A DNA stretch of 63,685 nucleotides, the filler included, from Lophium mytilinum (lineage: Eukaryota): the NCBI GenBank assembly GCA_010093605.1. It is 19 parts of 5 records of this genome, joined end to end, with 100 filler letters (N's around TTAATTAATTAA, not from the genome) between each part and the next. Parts side by side here need not be neighbours in the genome. Positions count along the whole stretch, not along the records: positions 1 to 2,331 come from MU004190.1; positions 2,432 to 5,743 come from MU004190.1; positions 5,844 to 11,174 come from MU004191.1; positions 11,275 to 13,852 come from MU004191.1; 15 more parts are not named here. One strand, 5' to 3'. Made by a program: the position numbers and the translations under genes. Of the stretch, positions 1 through 13,952 are shown piece after piece (position 1 is the stretch's first letter; every line of letters begins with the position of its first letter). The notes under the pieces are model-generated. The model worked only from the letters and a program-made list of their open reading frames with translations, was not told the DNA's origin and searched no databases.

Positions 1-2331
1 CTTATATAATAAAATAAATAAGTAAGAGATTAGAGCTATAGAAAAAGTTAAAAAGAATATAAGAGTTATATAAAAGATAAGAGTATAGAACTATAAAAAA
101 TAGAGAACTTAAATAGCGCAAGAGTCTATATACCTAGCTAACCTAATTTATAATTAGACTATTCTATAGCCTATCTTACTAAGGGAACTAGACTAAAACT
201 ATACTACTCTAAGGCGGGGCCTTATTATAACCTTATACTATCTTACTAGACTAGAATATAGATAGCTTAATATCCCTACGTATAGGTAGTATAGAGTTAT
301 CTAAACTATAGCTATTATTAGAACTAAAAGTATAGCTATATAGCTAAATATTCTAACTAGATATATAGATTCTATAGGGGGGGAATTTACTACTAGTAGA
401 CTACCCTTCTATTCTTCTATCTAGGGACCTCTCTACTATAGAGGAGTACCCTATAATATAGTATATAACTACTTATAGCGTAGTAACTAATAGAGGGCTA
501 GAATTATAAAAAGAAGGCCTAAATAGTAGTAAAGAGAGTATTTTAAACTAAGAGAGAGAAGAATGCAATAGCTTAAGGTTGCGTAATTTAGTTAGTAAAG
601 GTAGAGGCGTTTATTATAGATAATATAGAAGAGGGATATATACTATAGCTAGAGAAGATAGCTAGCGGGTTATTTACGCCTAAGTAGGTTACCTAACCGG
701 GGATAAAGTTAGTAATAAGGGGATAGCTATATATTATAATATTAATACCTCTATTAAAGTCTCTAACTTAGCTAGCCATCTATCTAATAATATAGAATGT
801 AAAGTCTATAATCTTTTAACTAACTACTATTTTAATAGTATAGAAGATGCTATCTAGAAATAATAGTAGAAGGTAGTAGCGCGCGTATAGTAATTAGTAG
901 AAGTTAATATAAGTATATAAGTATAAGCTCTAGTCTAAGGTAATATAATAGAAAAGGTAATTATATAGATAGAAGTATTTAATTATATAGAATAATAGGG
1001 CTTTATTAAGAGGGGGATAGAGAAGAGGTATATAACTAGCTAAAGACACTAAGTTAATATATATAGACTGCATCTAGCTAGCTCTATTATATTCTATTAT
1101 AATAAATGCGCAACTTACTTCTTTTTTATTCTTTTCTCTCTATACTACTTAATTATAATTTACTTTACTTCTCTTTATAGTTATTATTCTTATACTCTAC
1201 CTTAAGAAATAAAATATTTTTTTACTATACGCCCCCTATCTATTATTTAGTAAGGCTTAATATTACCTACTTAAATATAGTAAAAGGTAATATAGAACTA
1301 TCTCTTTCTACCCTAAATAGAGACTTACTATATAACTTAAATATACTATACTATATACCCTATCTATAGTATATATTAATATATATATAGCTAACGCGTA
1401 TAACTATAGATAGTAAAGAAGTAAAAATACACTGCCTTAAAACTAATTAATATAGTAACGCGCCTAGCTCTCTTAACTTTAACGCCTGCTAACTAATAAT
1501 AAATATATAGAACTTAATAAGTAAAAAAGAATACACTACTAGAATATTTTAAGATAGTAATGCTATATTATTTTAGCCGTCTAGCCGCACCTTATCTCTT
1601 ACTAGAAAGAGAAAACGCGGTATAGAGAATAAAGATAGGCACGCGCCTATCTTTTAATCTAGTAATACTAACTTCTATATATAAATAGACTTTAAGTATA
1701 AAATTAGCTTATATATATATTATAGCTACTCTACTAAGTAGTATATACTAATAAATACCTATTAGGGTGCCGCTGTAGTCTAAGATAAAATAGCGGCTAG
1801 AATAGAAGCCCGCAGGGCTATTAACTAAATAACTAGGTCTAATACCTTTGCGTTAAATAGTTTACTATTCTTCTCTTTTACTAGCTACTTTTTAGGTATA
1901 GGTAGAGGCACACCCGTCTATAACTATATTAGCTCTCTTAGTATAAAATAATATAGTAAAATAATTTAAATATAGAATAGTATAGATAGGCATGCTAAAG
2001 TACTAACTATAGAGGTAAAATATATAGTAGTAAAAGAATAAATAAGATACTAGATACTTAGAAGTATAGTATTAGGTACTAATATAATTAGGGAATATAG
2101 TAATAACCTTATAGCCTAGACTAAGAGTATTAGGCTAGATATATTTTAGTAAGTACTAATATAAATATAGGTAGATATTTATAAAAACTAACTATTCTAT
2201 ACTTAAGCTAACGTCCCTACTACTCTAGACCCTTTTTACGTATAGAAGGTATATTACCCTCTTTCTACTTCTATAACCTTATATAATAGCTAATTATAAT
2301 ATATAACCTAGATTTATAATACTTTTAGTTA
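1..2331 (+). repeat. Partial copy of block C of the SNF2 element (= 28788-31118)
   Basis: Collinear alignment by eye at an offset of ~28787; differences are transitions. Confidence 0.93.
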
Positions 2332-2431
2332 NNNNNNNNNNNNNNNNNNNNNNNNNNNNNNNNNNNNNNNNNNNNTTAATTAATTAANNNNNNNNNNNNN
2401 NNNNNNNNNNNNNNNNNNNNNNNNNNNNNNN

Positions 2432-5400
2432 GAGCTATAGACTAAATAGCTATAGTAGAAGAGGCTAGTAAGCCTACTTCTACTTCTATTCTAGATCTAT
2501 TTCTAATTATCTTTAAAAACTCTAGAGGTCTTTCTAGTATAAATATTAGAGCCCCTTATTCTACCCACCCTGCGCCTATACTCTTTTAATAACTAATTAT
2601 ATTTTAGAAGCCTTTAGAGGAAACTATTATATAACTTATAATTAGTATATCTTTTATAATCTTCTAGTATTTATAGTTAGATTCTAATAAACTTAAGTAG
2701 AACCTATTTTAATAGAAGAATTATTACCTTCTACCTCTACTTAATTTATATAATATACTTCTCTATAGTAGTCTACTTATAGTAGTATTTATTCTACTAT
2801 TTCTTCTCTATTTATTTAACCTATATAATCTATATAATATACTTCTCTATAGTAGTCTATCTATAGTAGTATCTATTTTACTACTTCTTCTCTATCTACT
2901 AAACCTACCTAATATTCTACTCTAGGGCGGGCTACTTATAGTAGTACTTATTCTCTTACTTCTTTAACCTTTTAACCTACTTAACTAATATAACTTTCTT
3001 ATACCTAGTAGTCTACTAGCAGTAGTATATACTCTAGTAAGTTAAGAGCAGCCTAATATATACCTAAAATTTAAAGTAATATAGAATTAACGGAAGCTAT
3101 AGAGTAAGATTAAAGTAATAGTAGTAAGTATACTATTATATAGACTATTAAGAAAGCAGCAGTTAAAGAAGAAGAAGAAGCGGCTAAAGAAAGTAAAGTA
3201 AATAAAGAAGTAGCCTAAGTAGATAAAGAAGTAGAAGAGGTAGTATTAGAGTTACTATTACCTATATCTTCTATATTATCTTTTTATATACCTATATTAC
3301 TACCGCCTCTAAATACTAGAGAGGTATTACTCTCTCTATTACTACCTTATAGTATAGAAATACCTTAGTAAGCTATAAATAATAATAATAGAGCTTTAGG
3401 CTAGGTTCTACCCGCTTTACACTATCTCTATAAAGCGTTTCTTAAATCTATAGCTATACTATATATATATATAGATATATATACTATTCTTACCCTCTAG
3501 AATACTCTATAGATAGCTATAATACTATATATAAGTTTATATACTTAATAAACTATAGTAGCTTCTACTTCTATATAACTAGAACTAATAATATAATACT
3601 AAATACTAGCCCTTATTACTATATTACTACTCTATATACTTATATAAATAACTAATAAAGAGATTATAGTAGAATTATTCTTAGCGTAATAAAATAAGGC
3701 TATAAAAGTACTCTCTAGAATAGATACTATAGAATAAATAAATAAGAAGAAAATACTAGCTAATATAAGTTAGTTTATATAACTAGTGTATAATAATAGT
3801 TAGGTTTAAATAGAGTAGTATACTACCTTATTATCTCTCTACCTAACGCTAGTAACTAAGGTTATAGAAGAGGAATTTATCTAACTTAAGAATAAGATAG
3901 AAGTAGGTATAGATATAGATAAGGTATTAAATAATAGAGTTAAAGAGAGTAGAGAAAATATATATATATAAGAATAGTAAAATACTATAGATAAATTACC
4001 GGGTTTACTTAATAAAGTTACGCTAGAGAATTAAGGTAGTAGGGTATATAATACAGCCTTAAATAGTAAAGGTAATAGTAAGATTATAGATAAAGTTATA
4101 GATAAGATAGACTCTAATAGGTAAGTATTATAAGCTCTATAGTTTATATAAAGCTAATATATATAGGTATAATAATCTATTAGTAAATACTCTATATATA
4201 GTAAGCATAATCTAATTAGCATTAGAAGTCTAGTATACTTACTATATATCTTAACTCTTTCTATTTAGATAATATAGTAGCTAATATTATAATATAGTAA
4301 GTAACTATATAATAGTTCCTTAGAGCAGATCTCTTAGCTAAGTTACTAGCTTTCTTCTAGCTTAGAACCTTTCCTTCTAATAAGAGCCTATTACAGCTAA
4401 TATAGCCTTCTATTTAATAAGCTAACTAGAGCTATTATAGAGAGAGGATAATCCTAATAACTTTAATAATATCCTATAGAAATTAATATTAAGCAGAGAA
4501 ACTAGTAATATAGAAACTCTAAGGCTTAGTTTTATAAGGTCTAAAGCTAGCTTTATAGTAAATAAAGAGATTAAAATCCAGTAAGTATATAATATTAATA
4601 GTGTTATTATTAGTATCTCTACTTTAGCGGCCTATAATTTATACTTCTTACTATCTCTATAACTATCCTTCCTCTAAAGTATTACTTAAAACTAACATAT
4701 TATAATACGCGGCTATAAGCTCTATATAATAAAGCAGCTTTATATAGAGTATAGGTATAAGCATTAATTTAAAACTTATATATTTTTCCCCTAGATGCTA
4801 ACACTAAATAAGTAGAAGGGCGATACTTTACATCTACTAGATATAATGCAAGCAGCTTAGCTTAATAATATTATCTTACCTGTAGTAAAGTATACTCTAA
4901 TACCTAATAAGTAGTAGTATATACTATATAGTTTTAATATTATATAGAGTAAAGTAAGCGTTAAGAAAGAAAAATATATAATATTATCTAGAGACTCTTA
5001 TATTAATACTAAGTATATAATTCTATAGTATTAACTCTAAGAATTCTAGGACTAAGTTCTTTATAATGTAGAAAACTTTGCAGGAATAGATACTATACCC
5101 GAAGATTTATTTAAAGGAGTATTCCTAGTAGTCTCGGGTTATAATCTAAAAATAGCATATAAGTTCTTAAGTATAATTTAAAGCAGGAATTAGCTACTAT
5201 ATACTTTAACTACTACTTTTAATAAAAACCTAATTAATATGCTAGATAAGGGGATATAGGTTAACTATAGATATAAAGATGTCCTAACTACTAATTAGCT
5301 AGATACCGGGGTTACCCTTCTATATAAAACTAGCTATAATAACTACTAGGCTACTTACTTCTATAATAGCGGAAAAGAAAAGATTTATATAATATTGTAC

Positions 5401-5743
5401 CCCTACTATCTTACCTAGGGCGCGTTATCTCTAATAGTAGAGCTCTAAGTAGGTAACTATAGCTGTATTAGTAGTATAGTATATAATAAAATCTATAATA
5501 GTAATAAGATTATACTTAAGTTACCTATTAAGAATATTACGCCCTTTTATAATACTTAACTAGAAGCTCTTGCGTTCTTAACTAAAATAATTAAGCGGTG
5601 GTTTAAAGCGGTAGATAGCTCTAGAGGATTATTAAAAAGAAAATAGCTTTAGGATAGTCTTACTACTATTCTCTAACGCCACTATACTATACTCTAGAGA
5701 GATAGATACTTATTCTATAGAGTTTAAACTAAGTTCTAAGTAC
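2432..5743 (+). pseudogene. RIP-degraded unidentified coding relic (block D), probably from another repeat family
   Basis: E/K/A-rich frame at ~3150-3250 and a long frame at ~5070-5743 (...LYPYYLT...YNSNK...PFYNT*LEALAF...KRWFKAV...). Heavily RIPed although single-copy in the window. Confidence 0.45.
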
Positions 5744-6884
5744 NNNNNNNNNNNNNNNNNNNNNNNNNNNNNNNNNNNNNNNNNNNNTTAATTAATTAAN
5801 NNNNNNNNNNNNNNNNNNNNNNNNNNNNNNNNNNNNNNNNNNNATTATACTAAACTCTTTAAGTAACTTCTATTATTTAGAATCTTACCTCTATATATAA
5901 CTGCTACTACTACTATAGTCTATATATTAATTCTAAGTTAATAGATTACTATTATATTATATATTATATATAATCCTTTATATATTTCTTCTATACTATA
6001 TTATAGTAGTTATATATAGTAGTAGTTATACTAATTCTTAAGTATAAGGCTATTCTTATACTAAATCTTTTAAGTAATTTCTATTCTATACCTGCGCACC
6101 CTACGGCCTCTCTATACCCACCTTAAGCCACTACTACAGCTTATAAATTAAATTAAAGTTAATAGAACGCTATTATATTATGTTCTAAGTATTATTCTTT
6201 ATATATATACTCTATTTTACGTTATTATAGTTAAATGCGGCGGTATAAGGTTATACTGCACGCAATTCTTAAAGGTTAATTTTCTCTATATTAAACTTGC
6301 TTCTCCCTACCTAACTCTAACCCTCTAGCCCCTATAATAGATTTATATTACCTATAAGTATATACTCTACCTTTTTATATAGTATAGAAAGTAGTATAGC
6401 TATAATTCTATATAGCTTTAGATTATAAATATTATAAATTTAAATATCCTCTCTTCTAGCCTAGAGAAAGAGGGTAATAAGGTCTAGTAAGTAGTACTCT
6501 ATAGTCTATTAGTCTAGGTTTAGGTACTTATTAATATATATATATATTCTAGCGTTTAGGCTTTCTTTATATAGTAGGTAGTATAATTTTATATATAGTA
6601 AAATATATTTCTAGGTATTTTTCTATAGTTCTTATATAGCTAGTACTAATAGCTAGAGCTAGGCCGCCTCTACCTTCTTAAGAAACTTTCTTTAGGTCTT
6701 TTAGCTCTTATTAATATTATACTATATAATAGTAAGTATATTAAATTATTCTAATATTAGGTATCTATAGAGTCTTTAGGGTTATTTATTATAGCCTAGC
6801 TAGCCTTAGTATAGAACTAATAGCTTACTACCTCTTCTTTCTAGGTAGATAGTACCTAAGTTATATTAAATTATAATAGTCTAG

Positions 6885-9800
6885 TATTATTACTATAGGT
6901 TATTATTTAAGAGTAGTATAGTATTTTTATTATAGATAGTAAGATATAGAGGTATATAGAATAAGAAGTAGAATTATATTATAAAATATACTATAAGAAG
7001 CTAGAGTATAAGGCTACTTATAATCTATCTAGAGAGGCATATTAGTAGCGGAATAATAATATTTCTAGTAAGTATATAATAGCTAGAGAAAGAGGCCTAG
7101 ATCTATTATACTACCCCCCCTTTTAAGAGAAAACCCCCTCCTCTAAATAAGAGTTATATAAACTATAGAAATAAAGTAACTATAGGCTTTAGAGCTATAG
7201 AGAGGATATAGAAAATAGCTATAACTAAAGGGCTAATTATAATAGAAGGGCTAATTATAATAAAAGGGCTAATTATAATAGAAAGGCTAATTATAATAGA
7301 AGAGCTAATTATAATAGTTATAGAGTTAAATATTAGTAAGCGTTTACCTATATATTAGTAGCCTTATAACCTTAGTATACTTAGCTAGAGTTATTAGTAT
7401 ATACTATACTATAACCTATAATTATAGATAAACTTAAAATCTTATAGCGGCGTACTTATAGCGTTACTAGGTAATAACCTCCTCTAATAACTTAGTAGAA
7501 ACTATGCGGCGGAGAATCTAATTCTATAGTAAAGAGTTTAGTTTTACTTTAATTAGCTAGCTAACCTTATAGCTTATATTATTATAATCTTTAAGCTATT
7601 AACTTTAACTAATTCTAGCTATAGGGCTATAAATTATATAGCTAGTTACTTAGGTATATTATTTAAGTTCTTATCTTTCTTATATTACTATTCTACTAGT
7701 AGTTTTAAAAAGTTTAGATATAGCCCGTTCTTTTATAGGTATAGTTAATAGAATTTCTATATAAGTTTACATGCTTCTTAAAAAAATTTCTAGTTTTTCT
7801 AATTATCTAGTACTATATAGCCTATCTACTATAGTTTATATTATAGCTTATAATATTATCCGCGGTTACGCTAGTAGCTAGTAATAATATCTTTAATTAG
7901 GTATTCTATCTTCTTCTATTCTTTATTATCTAGAACTATAATTAGTAGTAGCTCTAGCTATCTTTATTCTAGTATAGAAATAGAGTTATCTAGGTAGAGT
8001 AAATATAGTAAGAATACTAGCTAAACTCTTTTATTAATAAGATTCTATAGTAGCTTAAGCTTATATATAGCTCTATAATTAATAATACATTTAATCTAAT
8101 AAAGGCCTATATTTTTATAGTCTAAGAACTTATTTCTTTATTCTATTTTAATATTTCTTATATTAAGCTAGACCTTATTATTTACCTTTATTAAAGGCGG
8201 TAGATTATAGTATTAGTTAGTAAATTTAGCTTACTTATTTTTTACCTAGGTTATGCGCTACTATTCTTCTATAAGAACTTTCTAGAGGTAAGTAATATAC
8301 TAGTCTATACGTACTAGGTTTATATAAGTATAGTAGGCTAATTCTTACTATATAGAGACTAGGGGTTTAATACTATATTATAGATAGAAGCTATAGTTAA
8401 AGAAAAATAGTAAGAAACCTATAGACGCGTTAATAGTATTATTTACTATAAATTTACTAATTAGTAATTAGTTAACCTAATTATTCTATTAATAGTTTAT
8501 AAATAGCTATAGAAAGGCTTTTATAAAAGAATTAGTATTCTCTATTTATCTATTAGTCTCTAAATAGTATACTATTAATATCTAAGAATTAACACCTAGG
8601 CATATATATACTCTACGCTAAAAATTAGATATAAAGTTTATATCTAGATTACTAATAATCTATTATAGAAGACTATATAGCTGGAAAATCTCTTAAATAA
8701 ATATATCTATAATATTCTTTACTATTATACTAGCTATTAAAATATAATAATATTATTTAGATATATAATTAATTACTATAAGAATTAAGATATATTTAAT
8801 ACTATTTCTAGTATATAGAGGAAGGTCTATAATAAAATTAAATATAATATTAGTCTAATAGTACTTACCTACGCGCAAGCTATATAGTAGACCTTATTTC
8901 TTACTTCTAAAGGCTTTAGCTTAGCGGCAGCTATAATAGGCTTAGGTAAATTACTTAACTAAGTCTATTATTTTAGGCTAGAAGTAATATTTCTAGAGAA
9001 GCTTATAAGTACTATATTTTTCTAGGTAACTACTTATAGGTACTATATAGAAGACTTATAGTAACTATAGTTATAGTACTATATAGTTAGGTATATATAG
9101 CCTACTATAATAGTATAAATAGCTATCTACTCTATTACTAAGGATTTTAAAAGCTTTTATATCTAGATTTTTTAAAAGCTTTTAGAAGTTTATAGGTAAT
9201 ATATAAGCTTTCTTTTATACTAGTTTTATTAGAGAGTATATAGTAGGGTTTATAGGCTCTTCTAGTTCTAGTAGAAGCTTATATATATTATTAATTAAAT
9301 TACTAAGTAATTATTCTAGCTTAGTGCCGGGCTATAGTTTTTAAGCTAGTAGAGCACTATTCTTTTAAATAGTGGCGGGTATAAGTTAGAAAAAGTTTAA
9401 ATATAGACTTATAGCGGGTAGTAGATTAAGTATAATATAATATAGTAATTTCTTAAATAATAAGCTAGGTATAGAGTTAGCTAATAGGCTACTTATTATA
9501 TAGCTTATTTACTTAGTAAGTTTATCTATATCCGCGTTCTTATTTTTATTATTTAGTTTAGTATTACTATTAATTAGCGCTATACCTAGGCCTAACTAAT
9601 AGCTCTTAAGTATTATCTATTACTAGAATTAGTTATAGGGGTCTTCCGGCCCTTTAGATAGATTCTATAAGCGCCTAGTAAGGCTATTAGGCTTAATACT
9701 AAAGATACTAGATCTATAGATAATTTTAAAATTAAATCTAGCTAGAAACTTAGCCTAGTAAGCTTAGTACTAGTTAAGCTATTTAGTTATTATAAACTAT

Positions 9801-11174
9801 TTAAAATTATAGTAGTCTATAAGAATCTCTATAGAGTTCTTAAAGTTAGTACTAGCTAGCTCTAATTACTATTACTTAAAGGCCTTAATAATAGTAAGTA
9901 GTTTCTTATTATATATCTTATAATTTATTCTTATAGTATTATCTTAGTAGAGAAAAAGTTAACTAGGTAGAGTAGGCTATTCTTGCCTATTTAGAATATA
10001 ACACCTATAATAATATAGTTAGACGCGTCTATTTCTATATAAACCTTCTTTCTATACTAGAAGTAGATAAGAATAGAAGCAGTAGTAAAAGCGTTCTTTA
10101 GTATTTAAAAAGCTATTTTATAATTATTTATCTACTAGAATTATAGCTATAGCGTCCCCTTTTTATTTTTCTTAATAGAGCTATCTTCTATTATCTATAT
10201 TATAGATATAAGAGGATATATAATATAGAAGAATCTATATATAAAATAGTAGTAGAAGTTAGCTAGGCTAAAAAAAGCCTATATATTCTTAATATATATA
10301 GGGGTCTACTAGCTTATAATAGCTTTAACTTTCTTCTAGTTTATCTAAATTCCTTTTATTATAATAATAAGGCTAAGGTACTTTACTTATTTTATACTAA
10401 ATTTAGATTTCTTAATATCCGCTTATAATCTATATTTATATAGATATTAAAGAACTTTCTTAATATATACTTTATACTCTATCTTACTAGTAGAGTATAT
10501 AAGAATGTTATTAAGGTATATAGAGTAGAAATTATTAAGATAGTTATATAAAGTATTATTAATATAGCCTTAAAATATTGCTAGTCCCTCTATAAGTCTA
10601 AAGGAAAGAACCTTTAATTTAAAAGTGCTATAATATATAGTAAATTCTATAAGGTATTTATCTTCTAGTCTTATATAAATTTAATTAAAAGCTTCTATAA
10701 TATCTAACTTAGTAAACTATTTTATATAGCTTAGCCGGTTTATAGTCTCTTAGATAAGTAGAATTAAATATTATAACTTAACTATAAGAGTATTAATAGC
10801 TTAGTAGTCTATATAGAAATATACTTCTCTACTAGGCTTTTAGACTAAAAGTATAGGTAAGAAAATATCTAATTATATAGGCTCTATAAAACCTTTAGCT
10901 AGGTTATTATTAATCTACTTCTTAATAACTTATAATTCTTCTTTAGATATTAGATATAGGCATGCGTATAGAAGCTTTACTTCTATATTAAATAATAGAT
11001 ATATTTTATAATTAACTTCTAGGCGATTTAGTAGTAATAAGTTAGTATTATACTAATTAAAAATATCTATATATTAATAATATATCTTAGAGAGTTTATA
11101 GAGTATTTCTTTCTTAGTTATATATATTTTAGTATAGAGAAACTTATTAATATCTATTATTATAATTGCGTTTA
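6885..11174 (-). mobile_element. pol: Ty3/Gypsy chromovirus-like LTR retrotransposon, 3' part (RT-RNaseH-IN-chromodomain, PPT, 3' LTR)
   Basis: On -: RT YLNNILIYS (=YLDDILIYS) at ~10490-10530. RNase H ETDAS...HPV..FS.K....NY.IYDKELLAI.KAF at ~9860-10040. Integrase GLL.SL..G..W..I..DF..DLP at ~8820-8900. Chromodomain-like LQYKLQW.GY at ~7810-7850. Polypurine tract at 7111-7143. LTR ~6885-7110 (left end approximate). Confidence 0.92.
7228..7317. repeat. Tandem repeat, 5 x 18 bp (AAGGGCTAATTATAATAG) in the Gypsy 3' region
   Basis: Directly visible units at 7228, 7246, 7264, 7282 and 7300. Confidence 0.92.
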
Positions 11175-11274
11175 NNNNNNNNNNNNNNNNNNNNNNNNNN
11201 NNNNNNNNNNNNNNNNNNTTAATTAATTAANNNNNNNNNNNNNNNNNNNNNNNNNNNNNNNNNNNNNNNNNNNN

Positions 11275-13852
11275 AATATAGCATCTCTACTATATAGTTA
11301 GTATTACTAACGCTATATTTAATTTTCTCTAGTTTACTATTCTATAAATTGCCTAATATAAATATAAGAAAGTTAGAGAATATACTCTTAAGGTAGATAT
11401 TATTAAGTAGCAGGTTAATATTATTCTTAGTATAGCTAATCTACTAAAGCTATAATATAAAAGTATAGTTAAACGCTAATTAGAATAGATAGAAGGGGGA
11501 TTAGTCCCTATAATAGAGTAACTAGTTAGTAAGCTTTAATACCGCCTTTATAGGTAGGGGGGATAGTAGTTTCTAATAATACTTATATCTACTATCTAGT
11601 ATTAGCCTATCTAATAAACGCCCCTGCAGGCATGCCTAATTTAGTAGAGGGATATACTTTCTCTTATAGTAATAATATAGATAATATTATTAGTTAGCCT
11701 TATTAGTATAGAATATAGAATTTAGTAGCCTCTAGCGGGTTATTATATATTAAGCTTATAGAGCCTCTATTTATAAAAGGCGGACTCTAGTACTTTTTTA
11801 GTTTACTAGAGATATATAGCTCTATTTTATTTATTTTATACTCTATCTTATTATAGGGGTTAGCTAGTAGGGGTAGACTTACTAGTAGTAATCTAGGCGT
11901 TTTAAATAATATTCTATCTATTATTTAAATAACGCAGAGCATATAAGACTAGATTATAAATCTAGTAGTTCTAGTATTAGTAAGCGGAACCCGCTATAGT
12001 ATTTTAAAAAGCTTTTTATAGCATAGTATATATTTATTTAGGGTACTAAGTATTTAGAATAACTTATAGTAGTATCTATATTTAGTAGAAGATATATACT
12101 CTATTTCTAGTTAAATTTAGTTAGCCCTATATAGAAACTTATAGATTATAAGTAATTATTATAAATTATATTAGATTATAGGCTAGTATATAGTACTTAT
12201 TATTCTTTAATAGCACGCAACGCGTTCTAATAGGGGGCGGGCTATTTTATTAGCCTAGAACCTTAACGCATCTATATATTAAAGACTATAGCTTACTCTT
12301 TTAAACTATAACTCTAAAGCCTATATATAATTATTTCTATTATTTCTATATTTTTTATAGCTAGTATAAATCTTTATAGTAGGTATAGTTTTAAGCGTAT
12401 ACTAGTAGTTATATCTAGTTTCCCTAGTTCTAATAGTATAGTATATATTAAAAGTAAATATTACCTCTTACTAATTTCTAGTATCTAACTTTCTACTATA
12501 GTTACTAGCTATAGTAAAGAACTTTTAACTCTAGGTAAGTACTATCTAAGTAATATAGAAGAAGATACTAAGTCTAAGTATATTACTCCCTTTTATAAGG
12601 CGAGCGCTAGGCGGTAATATATTACTAGTCTAGTAGAATAGAGTTAATAGGCATCTACTAAAAGTACCGGCGTTATTAAGAAGATAGCTACTAGAGTAAG
12701 TACTAGTTATAGAATAGCTATAAGATAGTAATATTAGATATATATTAAGTAGCCTAGATTAAACTCTACATTTCTCTTAGCCGGCGTAAAATTAGATAAT
12801 AGCTAGAAGGTGCTAGTTAGGTAGAGAGTTTTATAATATTACTAATTTAGCTACTTAAGCCTCTTATATATAGTAGAATTAGCGGTATATATATTAGTAA
12901 TAACTACACTTAATAAGAATAAAGTAGATAGAGAGTAGATAACTTATAAAAACTAGTAAGTAGTAAGGGCGGAGAACTATCTTCTTATAAATTATAAGAG
13001 TACTTAAGCCTTTCTTTAATAGTCTATACTGCGCTATTAAAAGTAGGTTAAGTTCTTTAGCTACTTTTATAATAATACCCCGGTAAAACTCTAGGCCCTA
13101 TTCTATACTAGATTAATAGAAAAGCTAAAGAATTATTAAGCCCTTATTAATAGTACTAGAAATTAGGCTAGTAGATATTTAGCTCTAGAAAGATATTAGC
13201 TTATAGGCTATATATATTACTATCTAGTATTTATATATATAATCTATAGTAAATATAATAATAACTTAGTATTTTAAATTAAGTATATAGATATAAAAGA
13301 CTTCTAAATTACTAATACCTCTAAATTAGTAGCGGGGATGCTACCTTCTATCTAAGTTACCGGCGCCTATAACTAGTGCTAGTAGTAACTCTTATACTAT
13401 AGTCTACCTAGGCCGCCCGCAGGATATTTAATTATTTTTAATTATTATTAATTATTTCTAATTATAGTAGCCCTCTACTACTTACTATATTTTAGCTAAT
13501 ACTTTAGCTATATAGTTCTATATTCTCTAGCTAAGCTTATCTTTATATAGATTCTATAGTCTATAATTATCTTACGCATTTAAGTTATTACTACTATTAC
13601 TATCTCTATTAAGAAGCCTAGTATAGTTCTTAAGGTCTAGAATAGCCTTATAGATATAATCTAAAATAGTTAGCTGCTAGTATATTAATTTATTATTGCC
13701 TAAGTATAGTATATAGGTACTATCTTAGTTAGTATTATTATCTTTACTAGTATTATACTTAGAGTAGAAGTTATTACTTCTATTATAGCTAAAGGCGGAG
13801 TAGTAATAGCTAACTACTAGATAGCTACTTACTTTATAATAGTTAATAGTGC
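11275..13852 (+). repeat. Block A repeat (unidentified coding relic), possibly the left part of the SNF2 element
   Basis: Reverse-complement copies at 41561-44176 and 44187-45508. It has the same relative orientation as the adjacent block B/C copies. Confidence 0.85.
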
Positions 13853-13952
13853 NNNNNNNNNNNNNNNNNNNNNNNNNNNNNNNNNNNNNNNNNNNNTTAA
13901 TTAATTAANNNNNNNNNNNNNNNNNNNNNNNNNNNNNNNNNNNNNNNNNNNN

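Noticed and set aside
2376..2387. Recurrent TTAATTAATTAA palindrome as a biological repeat or CRISPR-like array
   Set aside because: It is always centred in a fixed 100-nt N spacer, so it is an assembly linker with six-frame stops.
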